From Podarcis erhardii (taxonomy: Eukaryota), in the NCBI GenBank assembly GCA_964252035.1, contig OZ176201.1: a stretch of 64,000 nt of DNA; one strand, 5' to 3'. Shown here piece by piece: positions 1-15,589 of this stretch. The notes beneath the pieces are model-generated. The model did not search any database. It saw only the letters and a list, made by a program, of their open reading frames with translations, and was not told the DNA's origin. How positions within the stretch are numbered: the stretch's first letter is position 1; every line of letters starts with the position of its first letter. The position numbers were made by a program, and so were the translations under genes.

Positions 1-3000
1 CGTACTCCCCAAAGGCTCCCAAGCCTTTCTTCTGTTAAAATTGTGTGGGATGTTTCTAGATTTACTCTGGCTCTGCTCTCTGATAGATAGAAAGAATTAA
101 CTATTAATGGTATACAGGGTCAATAGAGCTCCACCAGATTATTCTATTGTTTTTGGAACACAAGAAAATGTTGCAATGTGGAGTGTTCATGTTTTTGTTG
201 ACCATGTCATTTGCTTATTAAGTTTTGGGAGAAAGTATTGAATTGTATAAACATGACTGTGCAGATAAAATTTTCAGAGGGAAATATTATTTCAAATTAC
301 ATACCTACTAGAACCTTGTGGTAAAAGGCAGGTGAGAAATAAATACTTAGATAAACCCTGGGTCTTCCTCAATTCTCCCTCTTGTGGTTGGGTGGTGCCA
401 TTTTGACACTTCAAGTCTGAGCATAGAATGTAGAGAGAATTATTTCACTCTCTGAAAGAGAGAGGACAGAAACTTATTGAGAGTTAGTCATTTTAAACCA
501 AGAATTAAGGTTTTACAATTGTAGTTTTAAACTATAATTTATTATTTTGGAGATCCTCTTTTTAAACACTAAAATAAATATCCCTGTGCCTCAGTGAATA
601 AAGATTTGGTTTTTTAGAAAAATTATTGACATCGGCATTTGTTAATTTTTAGAATAAGTTTTAATAGTAGTCCTTTCTGAATCAATGTTTGTTTCAGAAT
701 TATAACAGAAAATATTCTGGTCCACAAATTTAATAATAAAAAGTGACAGGTACTTTGCCAAAATAGGATTACAAATCAGAGTTTCCAAAATGCACTGTTT
801 CTGTTTCAGGAAGCATAAAATATCCTTAATGTTTTCTTAGTAAAGTAGGAATCAGGGCTCATGGGTACAGTTGCAAACTGGATAAATTGTCATGGGCACC
901 GTACATGCACTATAACCAAGCACACACCTTAGCCTTCGCTATTGGCTACAATAAAAGGTTTCCTTCAAGTTTAATTTCAATGGGGGCAACAGGTAAGTGG
1001 TTCCTGTGGATGTCAGGGAAGGCTTCTCTTGGTACATATGCACCAAAAGGCACCATGTTGCTGATCCTTCCAGTAAAGCTTTTTCTGTGTCCTGTTTTAC
1101 TATCCATTCTTACAAGCCATTTTCTCACCCAATCTGGGGTTCCAGCCTGAGTGAGTTTACATCAAGGATGGTTTTCAAAGTCTGTGAATGTTCTAGTTGC
1201 TCAATTCCTTTTTTTCAAAACTGGAGAAAGATAATTGCAAGTGAGACGTTAAATATTTTTTTTCATATCATACCCTTGCAATAGTGAATTGAGAAGCTAT
1301 GCATTGACGTGAACTGAATTTGTCTTTTAATATAGAAGAGTTATTTTCTAACTTTAGTTCTTTAGATATTTGGAAAAGCATGGTGGCCAATTATACACAA
1401 TAGTAAAAGCAAACAATGTACCGTTTGAACAGCTTTGGTGACCTTGGGCTGTTCTGAGTAAAGTTATCAGCTTCCCTGTGAATTCACATTATCACTAGTT
1501 TATGCTGGAGTGTTCTAGGAACAGACTTTGAGGACAGTCACACCAGCTGTATCTTTGCTCTCTATGCAGTTTCACTTATATGGAAAGCACTTTCTTAGAG
1601 GGATAATGTGAAATATTGCTTGGGACACTTGCGCAGTTTGCTCATTCATTGTTTATGTACAAGGAAGCCAGCATGTAGTATATGCTATGAATGCACATAC
1701 TTGATCACTGATTGCAACAATCTATATGGAGTTTTCACACTTCTTTCCCTACATAGAAGTACTTTACGTAGCTCTCTCTTCCCTCTTCTGTTGCCCACAC
1801 AGTCTTAATTAAGTGCCTGGCTGCCAATTGCTTAGCAGAAGTGATTAACTCTGAAATCAAAACTTTTTTTACAGAGGGTAACATTCAATTATCGGGTGGG
1901 TTTTCCTGGCTTATTTTGATTCCGCAACCACCTAATACAGAAACTGGACATCTTTTTACTTCATTAGCTTATGTTAGACAATCACATCCCTACAGCCTTA
2001 ACAGGCACTCTAACCTTCCAACAGTTTGACTTCACCCCAAAGGCACGCTCCTCCATTGTCTCCTGAGAAAGACAGATGCCAACCTCAACCGCTACCTTAC
2101 ACCTGGATGGTGGTAGGAAAATATTGTTCCTTTAAAGAAAAAATACATAGAAAACAGTTTTTTCAGGATTTTGTAAAGACATTGTTGATGTCATTTCTTG
2201 CAATAAAAAATTCTAAATGTCACAAAACATTTATCAGCTGCATGCACACTTTCCATTTACATGGTTAACAGTTTATTTACCAAAAGGCAGTTCTCTGTAT
2301 CAATTAGAGCCGTCATCTTCAGCCTTTTAACCTCAACCTGTAACATGCAACCCATGTATTGTTTATAATAACTTCCTTTTTCTCACCTTCCGTCTCTCTT
2401 TCTTCCCCTCTCTCTTTCTTCCTTTCTCTCTCTCTCTGTGTTTAATATATTCATGTACTTCTTCCTTTAGAGACTTTTCGAAGTGACTTTCAATCAAAGG
2501 AAAACAGCAAAAAGAAAATTGTGGTAGTAATGCTAGTGTGGTCCATTATAACTTGATCTGTGTCAGAGTCATTACTCTTCAGTTGATAATCACTTACTAG
2601 AGGGGTTTTTTCCCTGTTACCTAAAGCTGATTGATACTCAAACATCAATTTTGTATTTGCATGGGGAAAGTTGACATTTTCAAACTGTCTTAATGCTTTG
2701 GTAAACATAACAAGTGAAGGCCATTGCAAAGAGAACTGATGAGAAACATATGATTGCACATAACACTAAACAGCAATATGACAGTTGATCTCACACTTTG
2801 AGGACCACAGAATGTAATAACTTTGTCAATTTGATGAAAGCTATGTAAGGGGAATGATCTGCAACAGAAATCAACCACAGAGTCCTATTTTATGTGGTTT
2901 TTCTCAGCATCATGTTTTAAATATTTATCTCTACTGATTTAAAATGTTGTGTATGGTCTCAAAATCACTGCCAAGTTATGTCACTTGGTGGTGTTCTGTT

Positions 3001-3404
3001 GCTGTAGATTTAACCCTGCGCCTGTCCTCCTGGTGTCTAGATTGCCAAAAATGTAGGAAAGACAATATTCTCTTTCAGCCAAATGAAGTGATGCATTCAG
3101 ACTTCCTGAGGAAACAGCCTCTTGTGAGCAGCTAAAATATTTATTTATCCAGGTTTCTTCTTACTGAATTTGTTGTTTGCTAAAACAAGCAAAACTCTGC
3201 AGGCTGTAATGAGATAAACTAAAACTGAGTGTTACCCCCTGCCTGGATCTACAGATGAATGGTATTTGAGACACATTTTTAAAGGGAAATGAGATTCCCC
3301 CTCCTCTGAACATCTGGGGGGAAATGTGGAAAGTATGACAACTGGTGTTTTGCTGACATATTTGCATCAAAAGTGCTTGTGTTGACTATTTTAGATACAC
3401 AAAC

Positions 3405-3405
<1 letters not shown>

Positions 3406-3447
<42 letters not shown>
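3406..3447. repeat. (AC)n microsatellite
   Basis: Direct reading. Confidence 0.97.
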
Positions 3448-3449
<2 letters not shown>

Positions 3450-5209
3450 TTGTGAAAAGGCCTGGATGCTGATACGCATTTAATACAAATTTCCTAATCT
3501 TTATATACTTCAAAGCTATAGGACAGCTGGTTCTTCTACCACCCTTCCCTTGTAACTTGCTGTCACATTTAATTATTATTTTCTCCTCCCAATCTTTCCC
3601 TTTTCTGTTATCACCTTCAGATGAATACTGTCCGTCACAATATGGGTGGGAAAACATGAAGTGACTTCTGTTTTGCCATAACCAACATAGGCAACTTCTA
3701 ATTTTATGTATCTTCACCTTTTTATTCTTCCTGGGAGTTGCTTGCAAGCTATAGTTGCAAGCGATAGTTAATAAATATAAAAGATGCTTATCTCTCGCAG
3801 ACTCCTATCTCAACAGCTTGACAGTGGGGTAAAAAATGCACAGAAAGACAACCTGGTTACTTAAGAAGTAACCATGGAACATGTTTAGTTCTTATTTTGC
3901 AAAATCTGTGACACAAAAGGCATTTCATAAAAACAAACAGGATTCCAGCAAAGAGCAAGCTGAACCCCTGAGCAAGATATGCTGTACGTGCTGAAGGTGC
4001 GCATGTCTGGGTCCGGCCAGCGCATGGATGGGTGACCATGTGGGAACCACGTGTACTCTGCCTTAAGTTCTGTGATGAAAGCAAGATGGTTTATAAATAT
4101 AACTAGGAATGTGTTGAGACATTTTGAAATTCCCTCCACCCCCACTACATGTCTAGGTCCTGCTCCCCCCGCCCCACCTTGCCCACTGCCCTGTGTCTGG
4201 CTGTCACAAGTTAGTGCTTTGATGCTGCAATTCCTGCACCCACTTGCCCTGCTGTCCCAGTTGACTCATTTAAAAAGACTGTGTATTGTACATAGGAAAA
4301 GAAGACACTTGGTGGCAGTGACTAGCTGATGTCGCTGTACTGTTTGCTGCTGTCAGCAGCTGTTGACAGCTGCGTACTGCATAAGTAGACCGTGCCTTCT
4401 GCTGTTTGCAGGCAGTGGAGAATGTGATTCTATGTCTTGCTTTAGATCCTTTCTATTACTGGAATTGGTCACAAAGTCATACTAGAAGCTCATATAAATA
4501 CTTAGTTTCATGAAAAGAGGTTGCCGTTCACTGAAGTTTGGCAATTACTGAATACGTTACTGATTACCTCTGTGTGATTTACATGTTTGAATAAAACGCC
4601 AGTCTCTGTAGTGCTGTGTCTTGCTTTATAAGGGTGGTATTGGAGGGACTCACTGTACCACAAAACTTATCCGACAGGCAGTGTTTAAAGTTCCATTGAG
4701 CTGCCATGTTAAATAATTCCACATGGCTTCTTTTTTAACTGCTATCCGTGCACTCTGTTGCATGCATTTGCAGTTGTCAGAATTGATTGATTGTAGGGTG
4801 GGTCATAAGTTTCCAAAGTTGGGTGATCTTGAAAACATTTATAACATTAATCTTTAAAAGTAGGAGCATGTGATTAGCAAGGATTGTTTGTTCAGTGATT
4901 TTTTTTTTTAAGAAAAGGTGGGGGACAGAAGGAAGAAGACGGTTGTTTTCATAATATACATGCATCATCAAAGTCTTGCCAAACTTGTCAAAGATAGAAC
5001 TTGAAGGACCTGTTTAAATTATGTTTGTCCTACGGGTAGGCCCCCCCCCCTTTTTTAAGGAAAAGCCAAAAGTTTTAACGTAGACTTGCTTTCAAAATCA
5101 ATGTAAAATTTGCTGTTTCAGTTGTGCTTGGGAATTTTCTGAAATGAAGACCAAAGCACCTGCAAAAACAGCCTGTTCTTTAGCTCGGATGGTCTCTTGC
5201 ATCCCTTAA

Positions 5210-5323
<114 letters not shown>

Positions 5324-8300
5324 TAAGGGCTGCACACACCTGCTCTCCAAAATGAGTAATAAATCTCATTGTTCTTTTTATATATTTCCCAGCTTACTGC
5401 CCTTCCTTATGTTTAGATAAGCAAATATGTCAACTTCAGAACAAAAGACTGTGAAAGCGTTGCCGTTTTGTGCTTTGAAGATTCTAAAAGCTTACAATGC
5501 CACATGGAAAACATATTGGCTTGCCCTCTCATCATATTCAGCAAGGGCTTTTATAGATGTAGAAATTAAGAATCACAAGATTCCAGGTGTTCCTGTGTAA
5601 TATCATAGACAATTGTGAAGCATGTACCGTATTTTTAGAAGCGAGTGGCTCTGCCAAGAAAATCATTCTGGATCTCCCACAATAATTCTTTAAAAAGAAC
5701 AACAAACATTTCTAAAGTCTTTAAGAGGTCCAAGTTAGCCTTCTATTTGATTTTCCTTTGAGCAAAAGGGACAGGATGGAACTTGTGAGTTTGATACATG
5801 ACAGGTCACTTGCCCACCATTACTTCCCACCTTGCCCACCTTCTACCACCACATTTCTTGCCAAGAATTCCAAAGCCTGCATTGCAGTCAGAATAACTTG
5901 CATGGACTTAAATATTTTTTTTTCTAGTTTGTTTAATCCGTTTCAGACAAAGAGGCCATGTTTCCTTGATGTAGAATTTGGATGTATTTATTTATTTATT
6001 TAAAATGAATGTTAGTTTAAATTCATGATTAACAGCTTTCCATCTAAATAGAAGGTCAGACATTAAAAATGATAAATTATTATGTTCATTGTAAAAATTA
6101 CATTACAAAATAACATGCACACAAAAAAGAAAACTAAGTAGAAAGACGTTCTGGAGAAATAAATTTGTTCTAGTCTATCAGTTCCAGCACTTCCTGTCAT
6201 GCAGCATAGTTTAGTTCCAGTATCTGACAAAGGAACCTCACTGCTCTGCAATATTTAGTTTAAGCTCATTATTTCTATCAGCTTATACATTAAGAAAACA
6301 TTCAAGTTGTATATAAATAATACATTATTATTTAAGTTAACTACAGGATATACTACAAGTGCAGATAATATTGTTGGGATGCAGTTTAGTAGCATTTTTA
6401 GCTGCTTTTATTGTATTTCTTTGATGAAAGTCCTCTCCTGCCCTCACCGTGCTTACTAGGCAGTTTTTAGAATTGCTAGTTCTGCTGGTTCTGCAACAGG
6501 ATGGTAGCACAATAAGCATAGTTTTATTTTTAAAAATTATAGTTGTAAACCACTTAGAAAAAGTATAGAATTTTTTAAAATAATAACCACTATGTTAAGT
6601 GTTGTGTGGTACAGCAGCAATAACTAAGGGCAAATACCTAGTCTGTTTATGAGGAAAATGCAATAATATTGAGAAGACTTCAAATGTTATAAAAACGTCG
6701 CATTCAAAAGCTTATTGGAAAATGGGAATTGGCCTTATTAAACCATGGGTGAATCTCTTTCATGGCAGGCATGTTTTAAACTCAGATCAAATTCTATATA
6801 TAATTTTGTAAGACAAGTTATGTCGTTTTTAACAGCATCGCTTAATTTGTCACTGTGAACTCCCTACAGAAAATCTGTAGTTCCCAGCATGGACACAGTA
6901 AAAAAAACCCCTACATGTGGTTTTTTTCCCCCATCTATGTCTGATAGATGAAATATATATAATATAAAAATTGCAATTCCCATATTGTGAATTGCAGATT
7001 CTCCTAAGAGAGTTCACATTGACAAAGAAGGTCCATACGCAAAATGTTTTGCACCAAATACTGTTAATACAGAGTTGCGGGGGGGAGGGAGGGATTGGCC
7101 AAGGCATGTTTTTAAAGGAAGCTACCACAGAATCATAATCAAACAGATTAGAACCGTTGTGGAAAAACAGGACATCCTTGGGAAGATCCATTATCCCAGA
7201 GTGTCTAAGGGCATGTCAGTCATTTTAACAACTTGGCTTGTCTCACAAACAGGAGCCAAAGCAGCCTAATATGACAACAGCTAGAAGTGCTTGGGAAAAT
7301 GCCCCTTCTGGCACCTTCTGGAACAGGGTTTTGCCCTACATTCTCTCCATATCCTAATACCACCACTTATCACACTTAGTGATGGAGCTCCTTTGTATAT
7401 TTCTATTTTTTTGTTTCACTGTAACGTCTGACCTTTGTATTTTCTGAAAATAATTTGATGATTGGGTTTGCTATTTTTTATTAGACCTAGAAAAAAACAC
7501 ACTAAACATTATATATCTGAAATGCCCATTCTTTCATTCTTTATAAATCGTTACCAGTTTGTATTTCTTACTTTTCCCCCTTCATGACAAATCATAAAGC
7601 AGGAATCAAACTTCTTATGATGTTTTACAAGAAGAATTCTGAAACATGTGTCACCTTTTGTGCATGCTCTCTGCTCCATGTACACATGCAAATAAAAGGC
7701 AGTGTCCCATGGGGCTCCTGTTTGAACAGAAACTTAAAGCAGCCTTGATTTCTGTTTGTATATCTGTTCAGTTTTGTATAGGATTGGATTCCAACTTAAC
7801 GAAGGTTGGGGAGCACTACACCTTATTTGCAAACTTGAAGCTAAAGCCCGTATTCATAAACTATTCAACAAACAATTTTCATATAGCATTTCCATGATTT
7901 GTGCCAAGGATTATTTATAACAAAATTATGTTTTCCCTTAGGCATCTGTGAACAGTTGGTCCTATTTATTTCTGTGTTTTATCCATCATCTTTGGAGGAT
8001 TGAAAAAAAGTGATGGATGAAATTACATGAAAATTGAAACAAAATAGTAAAGCAAGCCCTGGGGGTAAACTCACTCTCATTGTAAATAGAGTACTTTGGT
8101 AAACTTGTTCTGATTTGTTCTGTAAGATGGTGCTAATTACAGATTTCTAAGTTCAGTTAATTTTATTTTAAAAACATCATGGGGAATATTCTAATGAGAA
8201 CATCTGTTGAGCACACAGTGAGCCAAAAACTAGGCTGAGCCAAAATTCAATTGAATGGAGGTATCTTGAATTTGCTTAGGTCGGTGTGTGTGTAAACTTT

Positions 8301-10382
8301 AAACTCCTCCTCCTTTCTCACCCCCAAGTAAAATTAAAGCTTTCCCCCCACATCTGTGCTGTATTCAGAGCAGCGTCGTACTTTACGTGAAAAACCTGTT
8401 CGATATATACAACAGTGTTTCCCACAGAAAATACTAGAGGGCATAAAGGGTACAGAATTCCCATGTTGGGCCAGAGTGATATGAACACAAGTGTTTAAGT
8501 GCACGTCTGTTTCTCCACAGTTCACCTATTTGCTGTGGGAAACATTGGTATGTACATAGGATTGGGTTTTCCATATAAAAAAAATTCTCAGCGTTTTTGT
8601 ATCCTAAACACTATCATTTAGGTTAAATAATCAGTGACACAAGTTTCCAGAGGCATACATTTAAGTCATGGTGATTTCATTTCGTCAAAACCATATTCAC
8701 CAAACTTGAAACTTTATTGTACTCTCTTCTCTGCCCTTTGTGGTCATTGTGGGGACTCCAAGGCAATCACTCATCGATCTATCTATCCAACTGTCAACAC
8801 CTAATTTAATGTTCTTTAAAGTGTCACTTAACCTTGAATGATGTTGGCCTAAGTCCTTATAGACTTCAGGCTAGACGTCAACTGGCATTATTTCTTCAGC
8901 TGGCCAAAACAACGCACTTTGAGAGCTGCAATCTTCTGCTACGTATTTTCCCAGAGTTCAAACTTTTCTAGTTAAACTGAGTGTTAATCAAAACAGCAGA
9001 AAAATGGGCAAATTGTATTTAAAAGGCTGGTGTCTTACACCATTCCAAAAATATTTGGGGCATGTAAAAAGAGTTCTGGAGCATCTTCAAGAGTGTTCTT
9101 GTTTTGATGATACATTTGACTCGTATCAAATTTAATTTTTGGTCTATTCTACTCTCATCATCTTAATTTAACCCATTGGTGCAATAAATCTTGAAGTCAC
9201 CTACTCACAGAGGAAATGCTCTTTTACACAAATTTTACACAGGCTACTTAACAGCAAAAACCATTGCCAGCAAAGCTGGTAACTAAAAATCATGGATGTA
9301 CAGAATATCTGCAGCTGACTTCTTATATATCTTTTGATTCTATCTTCAAATCAGCAAACAATGGGCCCTTTGCCGTGGGCTTACTTCCTCCAGATGTTCA
9401 TCTTTATTCATCTCCTTTAGAGATTTCTGGATACCTTTTTATTAAGAAAAAAAACAACCCTCCAGTTTTAGGGAACTCCCTTTTAGGTATTTTTCCTTCC
9501 TTTCACTTTGCTTTGGTTGTATTTCTATAGGATTTTATTGATACATGTAAAGGGTATTGTGCTCATATGTACTTTATCTGAGCAAAGCCAATTCAAATAA
9601 GCTATATCAACCCAAAGATTGAAATAGCCCAGTCTGCATTTCCCTGTTGTGACAGTTTTCAAGGTCTTCAATCTAGAATCCTTCCTCCTCACAAAACTTC
9701 AGTTCTCTTTCAGTGTGAATGATTCTGAAAACAGCTATAGCTTGTTTATATAGCCAAATGCCCAGGGAGCATTCTGCGATTTGGGTGTTTTTACTTACGC
9801 TCCAAATCTAGCCCTGCTGTGTATGGGTTGCAACTAACAAAGTCATTGTGTGAGCAGAATGACTTCAGCTTACACACCATAACTTCCCCTTTTTCTCCAT
9901 CTTTCCACCACCCCTCAAACATGCCTGTTGCTCTCTCCCAGATCTGCTCTGGGGTTTACACCAGCCTTCCTGGAGGCAACTCAGCAGCCAGAGCATTAAC
10001 AAGAGCAGGAAGGTGTGAACACACAACACTGCTTCTAGCTGCCAGTTTTTAAATGATTGTTTAATTTAAAGTGTTTCTTTTGACCTTACAAAGCTCTATG
10101 CAGCCCATGACCCTAAAGGGCCACCTCTTCCCATATGAAAGACAGACACAGGCCTTCTCTATAGTAACTCCCTTCTCTAGAAAACTCTCCATGATAAAAT
10201 AAAGGCATGCCTGGCACCAACTTCACTCTAATTATGCAGTAGATAAAAATGTTTTTATTCATTCCAGTCGTTCCGGACAGCTTTATGATACTGATGCTGC
10301 AGTTCTTCAATCCGGGCTTTACTGTGTGTTTTTATAAATGTTACTGCACTGAGACTGCTCATTGTTATAACATGTTTTATTG

Positions 10383-10387
<5 letters not shown>

Positions 10388-10429
<42 letters not shown>
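10388..10429. repeat. (GA)n microsatellite
   Basis: Direct reading. Confidence 0.97.
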
Positions 10430-10433
<4 letters not shown>

Positions 10434-11807
10434 CACTTGGAGACTTTTTAGTATTATGTGATTTTTTAAAAAAAAAAATCACTACTAAGGCCCTGCTCCA
10501 CACAAGGAAACGAGGAATGAGAGGGTGGACAGCAAAGCAAGGTCAAGTAAAAATTAAGAGATTTAAAAACTATTAAGCAATTTATCAATGCTTTTAAATA
10601 AAGGAAGTTCTTAAAGTTACAGTTCTTTTACAAGGTCTGCCTCTGCAGATTCTGACTGTATAGAATAGCAGCAACTTCACGGTGGTGGTGGCAGTTCTGC
10701 CTGTCTTGCACTCCCTATAGGTACCCCCTTCTCCCCCACCCTGCCCATCAGATCCAGGAGCAGAGCAGATGACAGTGCCCAGGCCAGGAGGACAGGGCAG
10801 CTTCTGCCCCACAGTCAGAAAGCTGACTTGATGATGGTAAAAGAAATCAGAGTAAACACAGCATTCTCCTTTGCACCTATCCATCATTTCAACATGCCTA
10901 TATGTCTCCTTTCACCTGTCACACACTTTAAAATTCCTGTTGGGGGAAAACCAACAACTTGATTCCTTTGTTGTTATATTTTGACTTATTTGGCAATAAC
11001 AAAAGTTAAAACTTTCTCAAATCAGGCGTTTTCGAAAGATGCACACCCTACATTCTAACCGTAACAGAAGCCCTTATTTGTAGTTAAATTATGATGTATT
11101 ACATTTTTGTGCATTTTGTTATAATATAATCTGAGCCTTTTCACACTTAATAAGGGACCAGTGCTCTAAACCATGTTAGGTTGAAGGTTATCATCTTAAA
11201 TTGACTCTCATAGTATCCAAAAACCAGGAAAGCTTAGTTGTTGCTCTTCATTTCATTTCATGATCTGCATTGGTTTCATTTGCTATATTAGGCACTTATA
11301 GGAAGCTCCTTGAGGATAGAAGAACAATTCAACAAGAAAATAACAATTAATGGTAAAATCTGATATTTTTGCCTGCCAGTGGAACTGACATCATTGGCAG
11401 AATGAACTCCCCCAAATTTAGTCTTATTTATATATTTTAAAAATTGTATACTGCTATAGCATGAAAAATATTAAAGTGGTTTACAGCAAATTATCAGTAG
11501 AAAAGACTTTATGACCTGAAAATAGAGACAATGCACTTACTTTTGTAACCCAAGAAAATCTTTAATAATAATTGTGTTTTTAAGTGGTTTACAGCTATAA
11601 AAACAAAACAGTGCAATAATACAATAAAGCCATCAAAAAGTTAAAAACATATCTCAATTAATCATTGTGGAAGGGTGTACTCTTAATTGCCTGCATAGAC
11701 CTGGAGGAATAGAAAAGTTTGTTGGTGGAGTACTCCACAGGACTGAACCAATGACACTGAAGGGATGCCCTTGAGCTGAGTTCTTCAATGCATGTGAATT
11801 CGCAAAA

Positions 11808-11991
11808 GACTGTAGTAGAGCGGTAGAGCAGTAGAGTTCTTCTTTGCATGCAAAAGGTTCCAAGTTCAATCCCCAGCATCTAAAGGTAGGGCTTGAAGAT
11901 ACTATTGTCTGAAATCTTAGAGAGCCACCACTGGTTACTGAGTAACAAGGACCAGTGTTCTGATTCAATATGATGCAGCTTCTTACGTTTC
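11808..11991 (+). mobile_element. tRNA-derived squamate SINE (degenerate)
   Basis: A-box-like gtagagc, B-box-like ggttccaagttcaatcccc, body tttgcatgcaaaagg...gagagccac and tail gcagcttcttacgt. Resembles recalled squamate tRNA-SINE consensus. Confidence 0.7.
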
Positions 11992-14900
11992 AAATATTAC
12001 TGGTTTCTTAAAAATTTGTTACTGGATAACTGAAGTTGCAAATGCTTTTGTTTAACGTGATGTGGGGAGGAAGAGATGTTCCCGTTTGAAAACAACATAG
12101 TTCTAAAGCGACACCACAGCAGTGTTCTTTTCAAATAATGTTTATCCTGGAGGTATGCAACTTTTAATATAACTGTATGAAAACAAGTGTGTTCTTTCCT
12201 GCTGAGTTCCTTTTCTTCCATGCATTTCCTCTGAAGAGTGGGAAGCTGGCATTGCCTGAGTGTTGTAAACAAGAAATTTTAATAAGGCTGTTTTATATTT
12301 TGACATGTCCAATTACTCGTGAAAATGTTGCCCTTGCATTTTAAGCAGCAGGACGCTTATTCACTCCCCTGCTTCAGATAGCTACATTTACAGGCAATGA
12401 AGGAAAAATCCTTAAGGCTAGAACACAGTTTAAAGAGAATAAAACCCACATCAAAGGATGAACTAATGGATTGCTGTAATGCTTACTATCTTGCTTTCCC
12501 AAAGGGAATAGGGATGGCAGTAGCTATGTATCCATACACAGTGTTGATTACATCCTTTATGGTCAATGAGAGTTCCTGTTTTATGTTCATAAACAGAACC
12601 TGATAACTGTTTTTAAGATACATGTGTGTGGCTGGGTGTGGATTTGTGTTTGTATGTGTATTTCTTTGATTCCCCATGCAAGAAACAAAATTATTGCACT
12701 TTAAATGGAAACTGTAGTAGTTGCCAGCTACTCAGCTCACTATTTCAGTTGGTTGTGCTGTGTGAAAAAAACTCTGCAGCAGCACAGTAGAGACATTCCT
12801 TTATAAGCAGTTCTGTTTGTTAAATAGAAATCCCGCGGAAACATTTGACCCCTCACGCCTTGCTGCTTTTCAATTCAGCTGTGAGGCCTTTGCCATGGAA
12901 TTATTTATCAGGGCCTTTAATTGCATGTGGGACAGTTGATAAATTTGAGTGCATTGTGCATCACATCACGTTAGGAAACATCCCAGATGCTCATGTATAC
13001 GCCAGGAGTCATGGTGCATTTGAGTAAATAGCCCTCCATCTGCTTCTGAGGACCACTGCTGAGTAGCGATATGCACTCCTAATGGAGTTGTCTTAGCCTC
13101 CTGTGTCAGCTGCGCACTAGGAGGTAGGGCCCAGTTCGTTTGAAGGAGTACAGCGATTGTATACTATAATCCTTCTGATTATGACCTCCAATATGAACAG
13201 ACCTTTGGGGATGTACCATTTATGCCAATTCCATTTTTTTCTTTTAAAAAAAGAAATAATGGCAGATAACTTCCTTTTCTTCTGAACTAGCCATGGGGAA
13301 GTATAGTCTGTTGTGGCACAGAACCAAAATAATTAGCTAGTATGGTAGACATGCAAATACCCAGTGGCCTTGATATCCAAGCCCCTTGCAAATCTAATCT
13401 GGATGAACATACATCTGTGGTGAAATGTACGGGAGTAGAAAGGCACAGAGTACTGGCAGAACATTTCATTTATACTTGTTAGGTTAGATTACTATATAGT
13501 TCCGTAGGATTTTCAGCAAAACACACTGCCCACTTTTATTGCTGAAACACAGTCACTAAACAATTCAGTTTTCCAGAAAGTCAGGTCCTAATAATTACAG
13601 AGGCAAACCTTCCCCCCAGATCGTTGAGCTGTTTCTTAAATGCAGTATGTGACAATTTGTCACCAGGAGGTCCTCCTAGGGATAGTGAAACACTTCAGTT
13701 GAACTGTCTGTGTTTTCAGCACCGGGGAGAATTCCGAGTGGCAAGAAAGACTGTTGCCTGCAATATCCCCAGGATATATCCTGTAAGTGGGTTTTGGGAG
13801 CCTCCAAGAAGAACTGAAGACTAGAGCCAAGGAAATAGGGATAAGCAACTAGGATAAGCTGTCTCATTTGAACATTGTCTTTATTTCTGCCCTTGTTCAT
13901 AGCTGCCCATATAAATCTGCCTATATATATATTGTTCAGATGAGAATGTAGGTGTGTTGCTACTGCAGAGGTGTATATCTAAAAGCAGAGTGTAACTAAT
14001 AGTGGGAAAAACACATCAAGAGTGATGTTTCTTATGGGCTACCAGATTATTTTTTATAAAGAATATATCCACCCTGCCTTGTGAAGCAATACATCTTGTC
14101 TCTGGGATAAGCCTGCCATTTTCTCAGTGTTTAGCCCTTATGGAGTCTGTCAAATTTATTCAGATTTGTGTTTGTACATTTTGTTTTAAGACAATCCAAC
14201 TCCCTAGCACTCAGTTCTGTTTTTAATAGTGGGGCCTTATCTTACTTAACCACAGCAGCCCTGTTATTCAACATGTGCCAAGTAGTTTCAGAAATGACAC
14301 CACTCAGCAAGTCCATTACCGAACTGCCAGGGATAGTAAATGGCTTGCACCTTGAGTTCTGTTTACAGTAAGTCACGTAAAAAGTGCATTTCTTCTATAA
14401 ATGGTTGAGTTTATAAGGCCTTTAAACAAGGGACAGCTTACACATTATCAACTTGGCAAGTCAGATACCAGAGCTTACACTTTAATTAGGCATTGCTAGA
14501 ATAGCCGTTGCTGCACAGTTTGCATTCCAGAGGCTAAGATACACAAAGAGCCCTCTCACACATTTTATTGGAATCTTCTTGATAAAGTCACAGTGAATAT
14601 TGTGCTATAAATCCTGCTGAAAGGGGACCCTGGGCCTTTTCCTGTCTGTGCAGTGGAATTTGGGTTTTAACTTATTTGCTTGTTTGCCTTCATTATGAAT
14701 TTCTAATGGCCTGCTCAGTTCAAGGTTTTCTGCATAAGAATTTAAGAGGGTCTGCAGCTATTACTGTGAACCTGAAGATGGTGATAGGCCAACCTTTGGC
14801 TTCAAAAGTTAGTGTGCTGTATGCAGACACTATTAGAACCTAAATGGAAAAGGGTAGCAGAGGAAACAAAACTATTGGGAAGCAGAAAGAAGCATTCAAA

Positions 14901-15589
14901 CCCAAAACAATAATGTACTGTATTGGTATTTTTATACATTTAAAACAGATGATGGGCAGCTTTGAATATTATAATGTTACAGTAACAAGTGGGGCCTGCT
15001 ATACACTTGGTGAAGTGCTTCTGTTCCTTGTTTCAGCCAAGCAGCTATGATTTTCCCATTCACCCTCATTTTTTTCTCTCTCTCCAGCAGTCAAGTCAGC
15101 ATTTCTTACTTCCTAAGTACACTCAGTTACCATCGGCCTATTTTAGAGATCGTCTCCCTCACCCCGATTCGGGGAGGTTTTTTTTCATTTAAAAAATAAA
15201 CCCCACAATGTGTACTTCTGCAAGTCTTGGTCTTCCCACTGTAATTTCCCTCATGTGTATGGATGGTACCATTTTGGCCACATAAGGATAGGCAGTCAGA
15301 GAATGCATTTGCAAATAGTATATATAGGTTGTTATGTTAGTAATAATGGATGAAGATAAGGCTGGCATATGCATGCTGCCAGAGAATATCCTTGGCAGCA
15401 GAAAGCAGCATGCAGCCTGGGGCCTGAGAGGGAAGAGAATTGGCCTTTGGCAGACTCCCCCCACCCTACCCCAAGGAATCCTTTTGGCAGGGAGGGGAAA
15501 CTTCCTTTTGACACAAAAGGGGTAAAGTAAAATTGACCTTCTGAGAAACTTCAGAACCATTTGCACTCAGATCTTATTTCAATACAGTA

